Below, in pieces: positions 9,863 to 18,869 of a stretch of DNA of 64,000 nucleotides. The stretch covers positions 64,001 through 128,000 of the forward strand of contig JANRKO010000033.1 in the NCBI GenBank assembly GCA_033763455.1. The letters run 5' to 3'. The translations under genes were made by a program, and so were the position numbers. Source of the stretch: Polyangiaceae bacterium (lineage in GTDB: Bacteria; Myxococcota_A; Polyangia; Polyangiales; Polyangiaceae). How positions within the stretch are numbered: position 1 is the first letter of the stretch; each line of letters begins with the position of its first letter. The notes beneath the pieces were generated by a model. The model was not told where the DNA came from, did not search any database, and was given only the letters and a program-made list of their open reading frames with translations.

Positions 9863-10665
9863 TGTAGAGCGCGCGCCAACGCCAAGCAGGCGACAACTCT
9901 GTACCCCGCCTGGTGGAGCACCCGCACGCACCCACCAAACGTGGATCCTGTGGTAACCACGTCATCTATTAGGATCACCGAGGTACTCGGCTGGGAGCCT
10001 AGCCAGCCAAAGCAGCGCTCCCCACTCCGAGCTTTGCGCACCGCAAAGCTTCCCTCTACGTTTACTCGACGTTCCTGGGCGCCTAAACCAGCTTGTTGCT
10101 TCGTTTGGCGCACTCGCTCAAGCAACCTGTAGTCAACGCTTCTGCCGCATCCACGCCCGAGCGCGCCAGCAAGCAACGCCGCCTGATTGTACCCACGCTC
10201 CGCAAGCCTTTCGGCATGCATCGGAACCGGCGTCAGCACGGCTTTTTCATCCAAACAATCGAGTAAGGGCCAGAGCCAGCGCGCGAGCGGCGATGCCAGC
10301 TCTGTGCGCTCCTGATACTTGAACGCCCGGATCGCCAGTGACAGTGGCCCTTCGTAGCTGCTGGCCGAAAGCACGCGTATGCCGTGCAAAATCTCGTCGC
10401 GAGCAACGCGCGGAACACTTGCGCATCGGTCGCACAGTGGCCGACCGAGAGCCCCGCAACCCGGGCATTCGGAAGGCGCGAGAACCTGGAGAAGCTCACG
10501 GCTGACGCCGTATAGGAGTTTGCTGAACGGAAAGCTCACAGCGAACACTCGGCACAGAGCGGCCCCGATTGCGCAATTTTCTAAAAACGAGTGTGGGCCA
10601 CACAAACCCTCATCGATCGCCTGGCGTGCCGCCACACCCCGCCACCTCCCCGCTCCGCGTACCAA
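9859..10665 (-). CDS. comF: ComF family protein (zinc ribbon + phosphoribosyltransferase)
   Basis: CPGC..LCDRC, FKY, PVPMH.ERL.ERGYNQA and LIDDVVTTGST; the true start is probably downstream of 10665. Confidence 0.88.
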   Translation of the reverse strand: MVRGAGRWRGVAARQAIDEGLCGPHSFLENCAIGAALCRVFAVSFPFSKLLYGVSRELLQVLAPSECPGCGALGRPLCDRCASVPRVARDEILHGIRVLSASSYEGPLSLAIRAFKYQERTELASPLARWLWPLLDCLDEKAVLTPVPMHAERLAERGYNQAALLAGALGRGCGRSVDYRLLERVRQTKQQAGLGAQERRVNVEGSFAVRKARSGERCFGWLGSQPSTSVILIDDVVTTGSTFGGCVRVLHQAGYRVVACLALARALH

Positions 10666-10685
10666 GGCAGCGAATGATGGCCCGA

Positions 10686-11087
10686 CTACATGCCGAGCAG
10701 CTGACTCATCGAGGCTTCATCGGCCGGGGTAAACGGATATTTCTCAAAATCGGCACTCTTCACCCAGCGAAATGCGTTCACGTTGAGCTCCTTGGGCCGC
10801 CCCTCGCCCAAGGTGCACTCATACAAGTAGAGTTCCACCGTGTAACGCTCATACGAGTGACTCACAAAGCTCATGAGCCTGCCGGGCTCCACCGTTACGC
10901 CCAAACGGAAAAACACCTCGCGCTTGAGGGCGTCTTCGTCGCTTTCACCAGCCTCTACCCGACCCCCGGGAAACTCCCAGAGGAGGGGCAACACGGCACT
11001 CGGACGGCGCTGGGTGATCAGGTAGCAGAGATCCTGCTCAATCACCGCGGCTGCAACTCGGATCTTGGGGTGGCTCGCGGCTACCAT
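10686..11087 (-). CDS. mutT: MutT/NudG-like Nudix (d)NTP pyrophosphohydrolase
   Basis: WEFPGGRVEAGES..ALKRE Nudix box and FTPAD; the usual REUXEE acidic pair reads REVFFR. Confidence 0.85.
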   Translation of the reverse strand: MVAASHPKIRVAAAVIEQDLCYLITQRRPSAVLPLLWEFPGGRVEAGESDEDALKREVFFRLGVTVEPGRLMSFVSHSYERYTVELYLYECTLGEGRPKELNVNAFRWVKSADFEKYPFTPADEASMSQLLGM

Positions 11088-11112
11088 TATGCGAGGACCC
11101 GTTTAAGGCATG

Positions 11113-12216
11113 TCATGCGTCGATGCGGAAAAGCTGCTGCCCCATCAGGAGCACATCGCCCACCGCCACTTGCTGCTCGCGTTGCAGGCGTACGAAGGTT
11201 CCGTTCGAACTGCCAACATCCGTGAGGTAGACGCGGCCGTCTTCAGCGGGCGCGACGCGACAGTGGAGGCCCGAAACGTAGCCATCCTCGGAGAATAAAA
11301 TATCCCCACGCTCACGACCACAATGCACGCCGCGTTCTGGAATCGGGAAAGCATTGCCCGTGGTGTCACGCCCAATCACCAAGGCTAGACGCCCAATGTA
11401 GCCGGCCGAGGGGCTTCCGAAGCGCGTTACCTTGTCCGACGTGGGAGCCTGGGGCTGAAGTGCCTCGAAGCGCACAATCTCCTGGCCGATTCGGAATACA
11501 TCATTGAAGTTCAGCGGCCAGGGTTCGTTGGGACGCAGCTTCAGGTATACACCGTTGAGTGAGCCTTCATCCTTGATAAACAATTGACCCGCGCGCTGCG
11601 AAAGTGTCGCGTGGCGCGGCGATAGGTAGCTGTCACCGGCGAAAATGCCGCCGGTATCGCGACCAAGCGTCACAGACGGCACATCCGGCAGCGAATAACG
11701 GCCCGCTTCGCTGCCGTCGGCACGCAATGCTACGAGCGTTAAGCCGCTCTGCTGAACGGGGGCGGGCACCGGTGCCGGGGCGGAAGCCGCCGGCGCTGCG
11801 GCAGCAGCAAGCGCGGACAGGTTGTAACCGCAGGAAGCGCAGAAACGATTTCCCGTCGGGTTGGTATGCCCACACTGCGGGCAATCCACAGTGCCCGCCG
11901 CTGCAGGTGGCCCAGAAGCGAAACCTGCGGCTGGGCGAGGAGCTGCAGCCGCGGCTGCAGGGCGAGGCGGTTGGGCAACAGGGGCAACAGGTGCAACAGG
12001 GGCCGCCAGGGGCGCCGACATCTGGGCAGCCGCAAAAGGCGCCGCCATAGGTGCTTGGCCGGCGGCCGGTGGCCGCGCTTCAACCGACTGGCCATGGGGT
12101 GGCGTGTTGGCAACGAACGGCTTGGGCGCGTTATCGCGTGGGAGCTCAGCTCCACAGCCAAGGCAAAACTTGTAGTGATCCTGATTCTCTTTGCCGCACT
12201 TGGGACACGTGATCAC
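11113..12216 (-). CDS. Protein with two double-zinc-ribbon domains and two FHA domains
   Basis: CPKC...CLGC and CPQC...CASC; FHA motifs GR..S.RH..DEGSLNG and GR..S..H..DVGSSNGT; Pro/Ala linkers. Confidence 0.9.
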   Translation of the reverse strand: MITCPKCGKENQDHYKFCLGCGAELPRDNAPKPFVANTPPHGQSVEARPPAAGQAPMAAPFAAAQMSAPLAAPVAPVAPVAQPPRPAAAAAAPRPAAGFASGPPAAAGTVDCPQCGHTNPTGNRFCASCGYNLSALAAAAAPAASAPAPVPAPVQQSGLTLVALRADGSEAGRYSLPDVPSVTLGRDTGGIFAGDSYLSPRHATLSQRAGQLFIKDEGSLNGVYLKLRPNEPWPLNFNDVFRIGQEIVRFEALQPQAPTSDKVTRFGSPSAGYIGRLALVIGRDTTGNAFPIPERGVHCGRERGDILFSEDGYVSGLHCRVAPAEDGRVYLTDVGSSNGTFVRLQREQQVAVGDVLLMGQQLFRIDA

Positions 12217-12382
12217 AGAAGGCCTCCTCTAGACACCGAATAATGAACTCGCGGATTCGCGTAGTTGGGGGCTATGAGCGTCGTCCAAGCCTGCTGCCCG
12301 CCGTAAGTAGTTTGGAAAGTTTGCCGACGCACGGAGAGGCATCCTACAGGGCTCACGCCAGAACAGGTAGGGGGCACTTCCT

Positions 12383-12985
12383 CTATCCCGCCAGGCCCTG
12401 GAGTGCTTCACGAAGTAAGTCGGCAATGGGTGTCATGCCAACCTTCTCACCCAATGCCTTGACCGCCCGTTCAGCTTCAGTAGGGCGGTATCCCATATTC
12501 ACTAGCGCACGGAGAAGCAGCTGCGCGTCCCCCTGGCCGCTCGGATCCGTGCCTTTGCGTTGTGCGACCTCGGGGCCGATACCCGTAAGTTTCTCCTGGA
12601 GCTCCAGAACCAAACGCTCGGCCGTCTTTTTGCCGATCCCGGGCACTTTCGACAACCCTGCCACGTCGGAAGCCTGCACAGCACGGGCGAGCTCGGGCGG
12701 AGGCAGCGCACTCAGCACCCCAAGGGCCGTTTTGGGTCCCACATTGGGCACGCCCAGCAACATCCGAAACACCAGGCGCTCCAGAGCCGAGGCAAACCCG
12801 AAAAGCTGAAGCGTATCTTCCCGCACATGGGTGTGGATCAAAAGGCGGATCCCCTGTGGAACCTTTTCGGCCTTGGCCGTGGTCCCAGCGGGCACGTGCA
12901 CCTCGTAGCCAACGCCGCCCACATCGATCAACACGGGTCCCGAGGACTCATCTGCAACAAGCTTCCCGCTCAGAAGTCCTATCAT
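12383..12985 (-). CDS. ruvA: Holliday junction branch migration protein RuvA
   Basis: MIG.L.G, GVGYEV, HVRED..LFGF, HhH motifs VGPKTAL and VPGIGKKTAERL, ALVNMGY. Confidence 0.97.
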   Translation of the reverse strand: MIGLLSGKLVADESSGPVLIDVGGVGYEVHVPAGTTAKAEKVPQGIRLLIHTHVREDTLQLFGFASALERLVFRMLLGVPNVGPKTALGVLSALPPPELARAVQASDVAGLSKVPGIGKKTAERLVLELQEKLTGIGPEVAQRKGTDPSGQGDAQLLLRALVNMGYRPTEAERAVKALGEKVGMTPIADLLREALQGLAG

Positions 12986-13056
12986 TGTGCCTCACTTCGC
13001 CCCCGACCAAGCTTTGACGTTTCAACCGCGGGGCACGCCATGCTAGCTAATCGCGC

Positions 13057-13359
13057 ATGCGCGTCGTTGCGTCCAGCTGTACGTGGCCCCTTTTCCTGGG
13101 CGCGCTCTTTTCTTGCAGCTTGCTCGCGGGTTGCGGCGGCTCATCAAGCGAAACTCCGCCCCCGCTCCGGCCGGATTTTACCCGGCTGCCTCTCCCCCCA
13201 ACCACCTCGGCGGCCGAACACGGTGCGCCTGAAACGAACAAACCCGCCCCGTTGACGCCGCGGCAAAGCGATGAACAACCAGACGAGGCCCCCGCTACCT
13301 GGGGCACCGAACGTGCGGCGGAAGCTCCAGAAGACGTCAAAATCGACTTGAAAGAGTGA
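13057..13359 (+). CDS. Pro-rich lipoprotein, hypothetical
   Basis: Signal peptide with lipobox LAGC; low-complexity mature part; 3' end overlaps the convergent gene. Confidence 0.55.
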   Translation: MRVVASSCTWPLFLGALFSCSLLAGCGGSSSETPPPLRPDFTRLPLPPTTSAAEHGAPETNKPAPLTPRQSDEQPDEAPATWGTERAAEAPEDVKIDLKE

Positions 13360-14185
13360 ACCCGGCGTAGCCCGGAACGACCACGGGCGTAAAGTGAGAA
13401 CCTGCAACCGATTCAGGTTCGCTAGGAGATAGAAAGTACCACGCGGTCCCCCCGGCAGCGATTACGAGCCCCGCGATGGTAGTAACGCCGCCAATAGTTT
13501 GGCGGCGACGCGCGGCGTTCCCGTCGTCGGCCACTTGCTTGGGACAGTTCGAGCGTGTGGGGCATTGCTTCTCAAGATCTTTGATGTCCGCGCCCGCTCG
13601 AGCCCACACGGCAACCCCGACGAAAGCGATGGCCCCGCCAGAACCTGCTACAATTAAGGGCAATATTGGGCGGTTCCCGGATGACTCCTGCGTCTGAATC
13701 TCGCCTTCGGGCGGCTTTGGTGGTGCGGCTGGGGGCGGGGGCTGGACCGGGGCCGGAGCCGGCTGGGCCGCGGCCTTAGCTTCTTCCACTTGCCGCTTGA
13801 GCACTTCAACGCGACGCGTGATCTGATCGGCGTCCGGGGCGTCCGAGCGGCGCACCAGGTAAGTCTGAAGCGCGGCGATTGCCTGTTCCTTGTTTCCGCT
13901 GAGCTCATAGGCGGTCGCCAGATTCAAGAGCAACGGGTGGGCCGTGCAATCGCGGCGGTAAGCATCTTCCCAGTAAAGGATGGCACGTGCGTAGTCAGCC
14001 TCCTTAAAGGCCGCCTGGCCAGCCTGGAACGCCCCTTTGGCAGCTTGCACGTCGCCATCGGTGGGCTCGCGTGAGCACTCGGGATATGCCTTCACGGCGG
14101 ACTCATCCGCAGAGGCGGGCCTCACGCACAGCCAAAGGCTCAGGCAGAACAGGACCGGCGAAGAAGCGCGAAGAATTCGGAACAT
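13337..14185 (-). CDS. Exported TPR protein with Pro linker and hydrophobic C-terminal region
   Basis: Probable start MFRIL with signal peptide; TPR motifs (F..G..AF...DY..A; LLNLA.AYE..G....A); Gly-rich hydrophobic segments; terminal Phe. Confidence 0.75.
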   Translation of the reverse strand: MFRILRASSPVLFCLSLWLCVRPASADESAVKAYPECSREPTDGDVQAAKGAFQAGQAAFKEADYARAILYWEDAYRRDCTAHPLLLNLATAYELSGNKEQAIAALQTYLVRRSDAPDADQITRRVEVLKRQVEEAKAAAQPAPAPVQPPPPAAPPKPPEGEIQTQESSGNRPILPLIVAGSGGAIAFVGVAVWARAGADIKDLEKQCPTRSNCPKQVADDGNAARRRQTIGGVTTIAGLVIAAGGTAWYFLSPSEPESVAGSHFTPVVVPGYAGFTLSSRF

Positions 14186-14430
14186 TGGGGTTTCAGCGTA
14201 TCCAATTACCGCCCTTAGCATAGTGGAGGCCGCGCAGAACCCCAAATTGTAGGCAGCGGCCCGCGACAGGGCCCTACTACGGGCACCGGCCTACCCCTAT
14301 CCGATCGTCACCCAAGGCCCCAGCCCGCAAGGATGCAGATGGCCCGTCGGGCCCCTAAAGCTCCCGCTGGAACCAGGCCATACGGAGGTGGCTGGCAATC
14401 GGCACCAAAGTGCCGCAGAAACGAGTTCCC

Positions 14431-15864
14431 ATGTTGAGCGAACGCAAGCAAATCCTCGTGGTGGATGACGAACCCAACTTGCGACGTGTCTTGAGCGCAC
14501 AGCTCGGGCGCGATGGGTACGACGTGCACACGGCCGAAGATGGCGAGCAAGCAGCGGAAATGCTTCTCGAGCATCACATCGATTTAGTGATCACCGATCT
14601 TAGGATGCCCAGGCTGGACGGCATGCAGCTTTTGCGACGTGCCCTTGAGATCGACAACAACCTTCCTGTGATCCTACTTACAGCCCACGGCACGGTGGAC
14701 AACGCCGTGGAAGCCCTGAAGACCGGGGCATTCGACTACATCACTAAACCTTTCGACCAAGAAGAAGTACGCGGCATCGTTCGTAAAGCACTGCGCACAC
14801 GCGACCTCTCTGCGCAAGAAGCGTCTGTCAGCTTGCCAAGGACGCCCTCCGACGCTCCATACGGCATCATAGGACAAAGCCAGGCTATCGCAGAGCTCTA
14901 TGCCATCCTGCGCCGCGCCGCCGATTCTCCGAGCACGGTGTTGGTGTCCGGTGAAAGTGGGACCGGAAAGGAGCTCGTCGCTCGCGCTCTTCACGAACAT
15001 TCATCGCGTGCAATGCACCCCTTTATCAAGATCAACTGCGCGGCAATCCCTAAAGACTTGATGGAAAGCGAGCTATTTGGTCACGAGCGCGGAGCGTTTA
15101 CGGGCGCTGTCGGTTCGAAGCCTGGCCGCTTTGAGCTCGCCGATAAGGGGACGTTGTTTCTCGACGAAATTGGGGCCATTCCTGTGGAAATGCAGGTCAA
15201 GCTTCTGCGCGCGCTCCAGGAAAGCGAGTTCGAACGCGTCGGAGGTATCAAGACGATTCGCGTGGATGTGCGCGTGGTGGCTGCCACCAACAGCGAGCTG
15301 AAGAAGGAAATTGGTGCTGGCAACTTCCGAGAAGATCTCTACTACCGGCTGAATGTAGTTCCTATTCGGTTACCGCCGCTGCGGGAGCGTGTGGAGGACA
15401 TCCCGCTGTTGATTCAACACTTTGTGTCCAAATTTAATGCTCGCCTCAACAAGCAAGTGCAAGCGATCTCTCAAGCCGTAGAAAATCACCTCAAGGGCTA
15501 CCATTGGCCCGGAAATATTCGCGAGCTTGAGAATGTGATCGAACGCGCCGTGCTATTCTGCGACGGTACAACGCTGGAGCTCCGCGATCTGCCAAGCGAA
15601 CTCGGCGCCGGTGCACTTCTTGAAGACGCAGATGCACGAGCCCTACCAGAAGCTGTGGGATCCGTTGGATCGGGGGATGGGCTAAAGGAGCAGGTAAAAG
15701 CCGCCACATCCCGGCTGGAGCGAGAGCTCATCGTACAGGCACTCAAGCAAACAAACGGGAACGTCACGCACGCCGCGCGCTTGCTGAAGATTTCCCGGAA
15801 GGGTCTTCAGCTTAAGATGAAAGAGTTGGGGCTCAGGGAACGCGAGGATCGGGTCGAACCGTGA
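14431..15864 (+). CDS. NtrC-family sigma-54-dependent response regulator
   Basis: Receiver ILVVDDE/TDLRMP; AAA+ GESGTGKE, ESELFGHERGAFTGA, FLDEIG, WPGNIREL; Fis HTH. Confidence 0.96.
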   Translation: MLSERKQILVVDDEPNLRRVLSAQLGRDGYDVHTAEDGEQAAEMLLEHHIDLVITDLRMPRLDGMQLLRRALEIDNNLPVILLTAHGTVDNAVEALKTGAFDYITKPFDQEEVRGIVRKALRTRDLSAQEASVSLPRTPSDAPYGIIGQSQAIAELYAILRRAADSPSTVLVSGESGTGKELVARALHEHSSRAMHPFIKINCAAIPKDLMESELFGHERGAFTGAVGSKPGRFELADKGTLFLDEIGAIPVEMQVKLLRALQESEFERVGGIKTIRVDVRVVAATNSELKKEIGAGNFREDLYYRLNVVPIRLPPLRERVEDIPLLIQHFVSKFNARLNKQVQAISQAVENHLKGYHWPGNIRELENVIERAVLFCDGTTLELRDLPSELGAGALLEDADARALPEAVGSVGSGDGLKEQVKAATSRLERELIVQALKQTNGNVTHAARLLKISRKGLQLKMKELGLREREDRVEP

Positions 15865-17042
15865 GGCGCGTGCGGGCATGGGCGCTTGACGCCACGCTCC
15901 TTGTGCTCTTGTTCTCGCCTGGTTGCAGTTCGAAGTCGGGGGAAAAAAGAAACGATGCGTCGCAGGGCACGCCGGAAAGCCTTGGGTTAATGATTGCTCC
16001 GCCCAGGCCCCCCCCAACTCCGAAAAAAGGTATGGTCTGGATCGAACCCGGTGCGCTCGTCGCGGGCACCCCGCCCGAGCGCTGGCCGAGATTGGTGGAT
16101 GAAGAGTTGCCAGGGGAACAAGTGGTGCTCAAAGGATTCTACATTGATGTATTGCCCTACCCGAACGAGGATGGCGCCATTCCGCTGACTAACGTGAACT
16201 TTGCGCAAGCTAAGCGCTTGTGCGAAGAGGAAGATAAGCGCCTTTGTACTGAACTTGAGTGGGAGAGAGCTTGTAAGGGTCCGAATAATTACGTGTACGA
16301 ATATGGCGACCAATACCGAGCCGACCGCTGTGCCACGGGAGTCTCCCCAGGAATGCGACCGAGCGGGTTACTGGTGGGGTGCAAGAGCGACTTCGGCGTG
16401 CGCGATCTCCACGGCGGTGCCTGGGAGTGGACGGCAAGCTTTTGGAATCGCGGGGGCAACACCAACTTAATGACAACGCGGGGTGGAAACGCGCCTGAAG
16501 GTGAGCTCGTTGGGCGCTGTGCCAATGCCAGCGCTCGCCCGCAGGAAACCGTGGCCGGCAACGTTGGCTTCCGATGCTGCGCGGGGCCCGAGAATGCGCT
16601 GCAGGTGTCGCTAGAGGTATCGCGTGCTCCACGGCTATTAGCCGAACGCCTCGTAGACAAGAAGTTGCTGGCCCATTTCATAAGAGCGGTGCCACCCCAA
16701 GCACCAAGCGCACTCCAGGGAATCGACCATTTCGAAGCACTCCAGATGTGGCGCTGGCACCCGGCAGGAAACGACGAACTCACGTTGTTCGGTGGTTGCA
16801 CCACCTCCAAGCTGCCACGCTGCGGAATTCTGTTTGGGCGAGAAACGCGCTCCGAGTTCCTCGGTTGGGCAGCCTCAGGCATCCGCCTACCCACCCTGCA
16901 TACCGCCAAGAGCACAACCGACCTCTGGCTACTGGGCGGCGACGCCAATGGCCCCTTCAGCAGACACGTTCGGTACCAGTGGGGAAGGCTGATTATCTTT
17001 GAACGCGAGCTGCCAGGCAAAGCAAGCAAGCGCTCCCGCTAG
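15861..17042 (+). CDS. Lipoprotein with formylglycine-generating enzyme (SUMF1/FGE-sulfatase) domain
   Basis: KRLCTE.EWERAC, GVRDLHG.AWEW and VGFRCC; GTGA overlap with the upstream regulator. Confidence 0.85.
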   Translation: MRRVRAWALDATLLVLLFSPGCSSKSGEKRNDASQGTPESLGLMIAPPRPPPTPKKGMVWIEPGALVAGTPPERWPRLVDEELPGEQVVLKGFYIDVLPYPNEDGAIPLTNVNFAQAKRLCEEEDKRLCTELEWERACKGPNNYVYEYGDQYRADRCATGVSPGMRPSGLLVGCKSDFGVRDLHGGAWEWTASFWNRGGNTNLMTTRGGNAPEGELVGRCANASARPQETVAGNVGFRCCAGPENALQVSLEVSRAPRLLAERLVDKKLLAHFIRAVPPQAPSALQGIDHFEALQMWRWHPAGNDELTLFGGCTTSKLPRCGILFGRETRSEFLGWAASGIRLPTLHTAKSTTDLWLLGGDANGPFSRHVRYQWGRLIIFERELPGKASKRSR

Positions 17043-17046
17043 GCGC

Positions 17047-17511
17047 TCAATGTGCGGTGCAGCGGGCCTGGAGCTTAGCCACTTGTTGCCCTTCGCTCAC
17101 CTTTAATGCTGCCAGGGCGCCACTTACTCGCTGCATGGCCATAGCGTCCGCAAGCGTGAGGGCCGCTGCGAACTGCCGGCTGAGTGTCCCTGCCTGGGCG
17201 ACCATTTGAGTGTAGCTCTTCACGTCGTCTTGGATACGCTTGTCAGCGAAGGTTGTGGCCGAAAGTGCTTTGGCCAAGGCGTCGTAGCGTGAAGCTATCT
17301 TTTCATAAGTTGCGGGCTGCACGCTCTTCGGATCAGCCTGCCTCAGCTGAGTGATCTCCGAAACGGCCGGACTTATCACCTGAGCCAAGTGATTACACTC
17401 GCTCACCACCTCAAAGCGTTCACAGCCACACGCGAGCGACATCAAGAACAACCCCGCAACCAACAAGAGCCTCATCAAGGGAGGCGTAGCCCAGCCCTTG
17501 GCCGCCTCCAA
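17047..17511 (-). CDS. Helical lipoprotein, hypothetical
   Basis: Hydrophobic signal with LAC/GC lipobox; amphipathic helices; start uncertain. Confidence 0.6.
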   Translation of the reverse strand: MEAAKGWATPPLMRLLLVAGLFLMSLACGCERFEVVSECNHLAQVISPAVSEITQLRQADPKSVQPATYEKIASRYDALAKALSATTFADKRIQDDVKSYTQMVAQAGTLSRQFAAALTLADAMAMQRVSGALAALKVSEGQQVAKLQARCTAH

Positions 17512-17557
17512 CTGAAAAACTTGAGTCTTCCAACGTGTCGCCGCATGATCGCTCGAA

Positions 17558-18817
17558 GTGTGGAGCCCTCGACATTTCTGGCTTGCCGCGAGTTTGGGCG
17601 CTTGCTTTCTGGTAGCCTGCGAAGACAGGCATCCGGACCTCCCGGATCACGAGCCACCAGAGCCTCCGAGTCAGACGGCACGACACCGCCCTTCTGCGCA
17701 GCTCCCCCAAGGCGGTGCCGGTGGGGTGGAGGATGCAAAGGACGAAGCCGAGGCTCACCTATCGGGTTGGCGCATCGCCCATCTGGATCTCGCGCCCAAA
17801 ATTGCTCCGACCACGCGCTTGGCCTTTGGGCGCGGCTGGCTCGCGCAGGTGACGCAACAACGTCTGGCGGTGGTGGAAACAAAGACGTTTCGCACCATCG
17901 TTGAAGTTCCTGTCAACGGACATGCCCAGGTCGTTACGGTTTTTGACGGCGGCTTTCTGGCCGTAGATGATCGCCAACTCTTGCGGCTTTTGCCACGCGA
18001 AGCAAAATTCAGAACTTACGCACGCCCCACGTTCTTCGCTGGTTCACAGTTGATTCCCAACCCGCGCGACTACGAAACCTTCTACGTCTTTCACCACCCA
18101 ACCCCGACCATCTACAGCTACGCACTGGACGACAGGGACGCGCTGAAGTTGGTCGATGCTGGGCTAGCTACCACCACAAGGTACGCAACGTTGCCGATTT
18201 CGCAGACACTTGCACTCGATGGCACGGCGCGCACGCCAGCCGTAGGCTCTACTCCGGTAGAGCGAGCCCGTGCGTTTGCCTTGCTGCGCGACGGATCATT
18301 TGCGGTGGCCTTCAACGAGCAAGTAATCGTCACCACTGTTTCCGGGTGGTCGCACGCCTTCAGCCTAAAAAGCAGCGAATTTGGGATTCAGCGTATGATC
18401 CCGGGGGCTTCGCTCCAGCAAGCCTGGGTAATAACAGGCGACGGAGCGCTAAAGCTCCTTCAGTTTGCTGGCACGCGCGCCAAAGTAGTGGCAAGCGTGC
18501 CCGGACACGCCAGCGTGATCGATCTAGGTGTGGCGGGCAAGCTGCTCTTGAGTTTGGAGCTCGCTCCCCCGGGGACGGGTGTCCGCCACTTTCGAGTGGT
18601 AGCGCGCGGCTTCACAGGGGAAGAACAGTTCAGCGTGGAAGTGGGCGCTTTGTCGAACGCCCGCGGCGTGGACTGGGCGAAGCAAGCTCTGGCCGACAAG
18701 AACTTCGCCGTTTCCCCCTACGAGCCGATTTTCGGGCTGAGCGGCGACGCCTCCCTCCGAGTCTTTTCCTCTAGAACGGGAGCGCTGGTGTTCGATTCGA
18801 CATCCATAAGTCATTGA
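17558..18817 (+). CDS. Lipoprotein, probably beta-rich/beta-propeller, function unknown
   Basis: Lipobox LVAC; alternating beta-strand patterns; long ORF filling the gap. Confidence 0.65.
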   Translation: MWSPRHFWLAASLGACFLVACEDRHPDLPDHEPPEPPSQTARHRPSAQLPQGGAGGVEDAKDEAEAHLSGWRIAHLDLAPKIAPTTRLAFGRGWLAQVTQQRLAVVETKTFRTIVEVPVNGHAQVVTVFDGGFLAVDDRQLLRLLPREAKFRTYARPTFFAGSQLIPNPRDYETFYVFHHPTPTIYSYALDDRDALKLVDAGLATTTRYATLPISQTLALDGTARTPAVGSTPVERARAFALLRDGSFAVAFNEQVIVTTVSGWSHAFSLKSSEFGIQRMIPGASLQQAWVITGDGALKLLQFAGTRAKVVASVPGHASVIDLGVAGKLLLSLELAPPGTGVRHFRVVARGFTGEEQFSVEVGALSNARGVDWAKQALADKNFAVSPYEPIFGLSGDASLRVFSSRTGALVFDSTSISH

Positions 18818-18869
18818 ACGGGGTGGAGTTGCCCGATCCCTTCAGGCCGAACGACGCAGAAGTTGGCCG

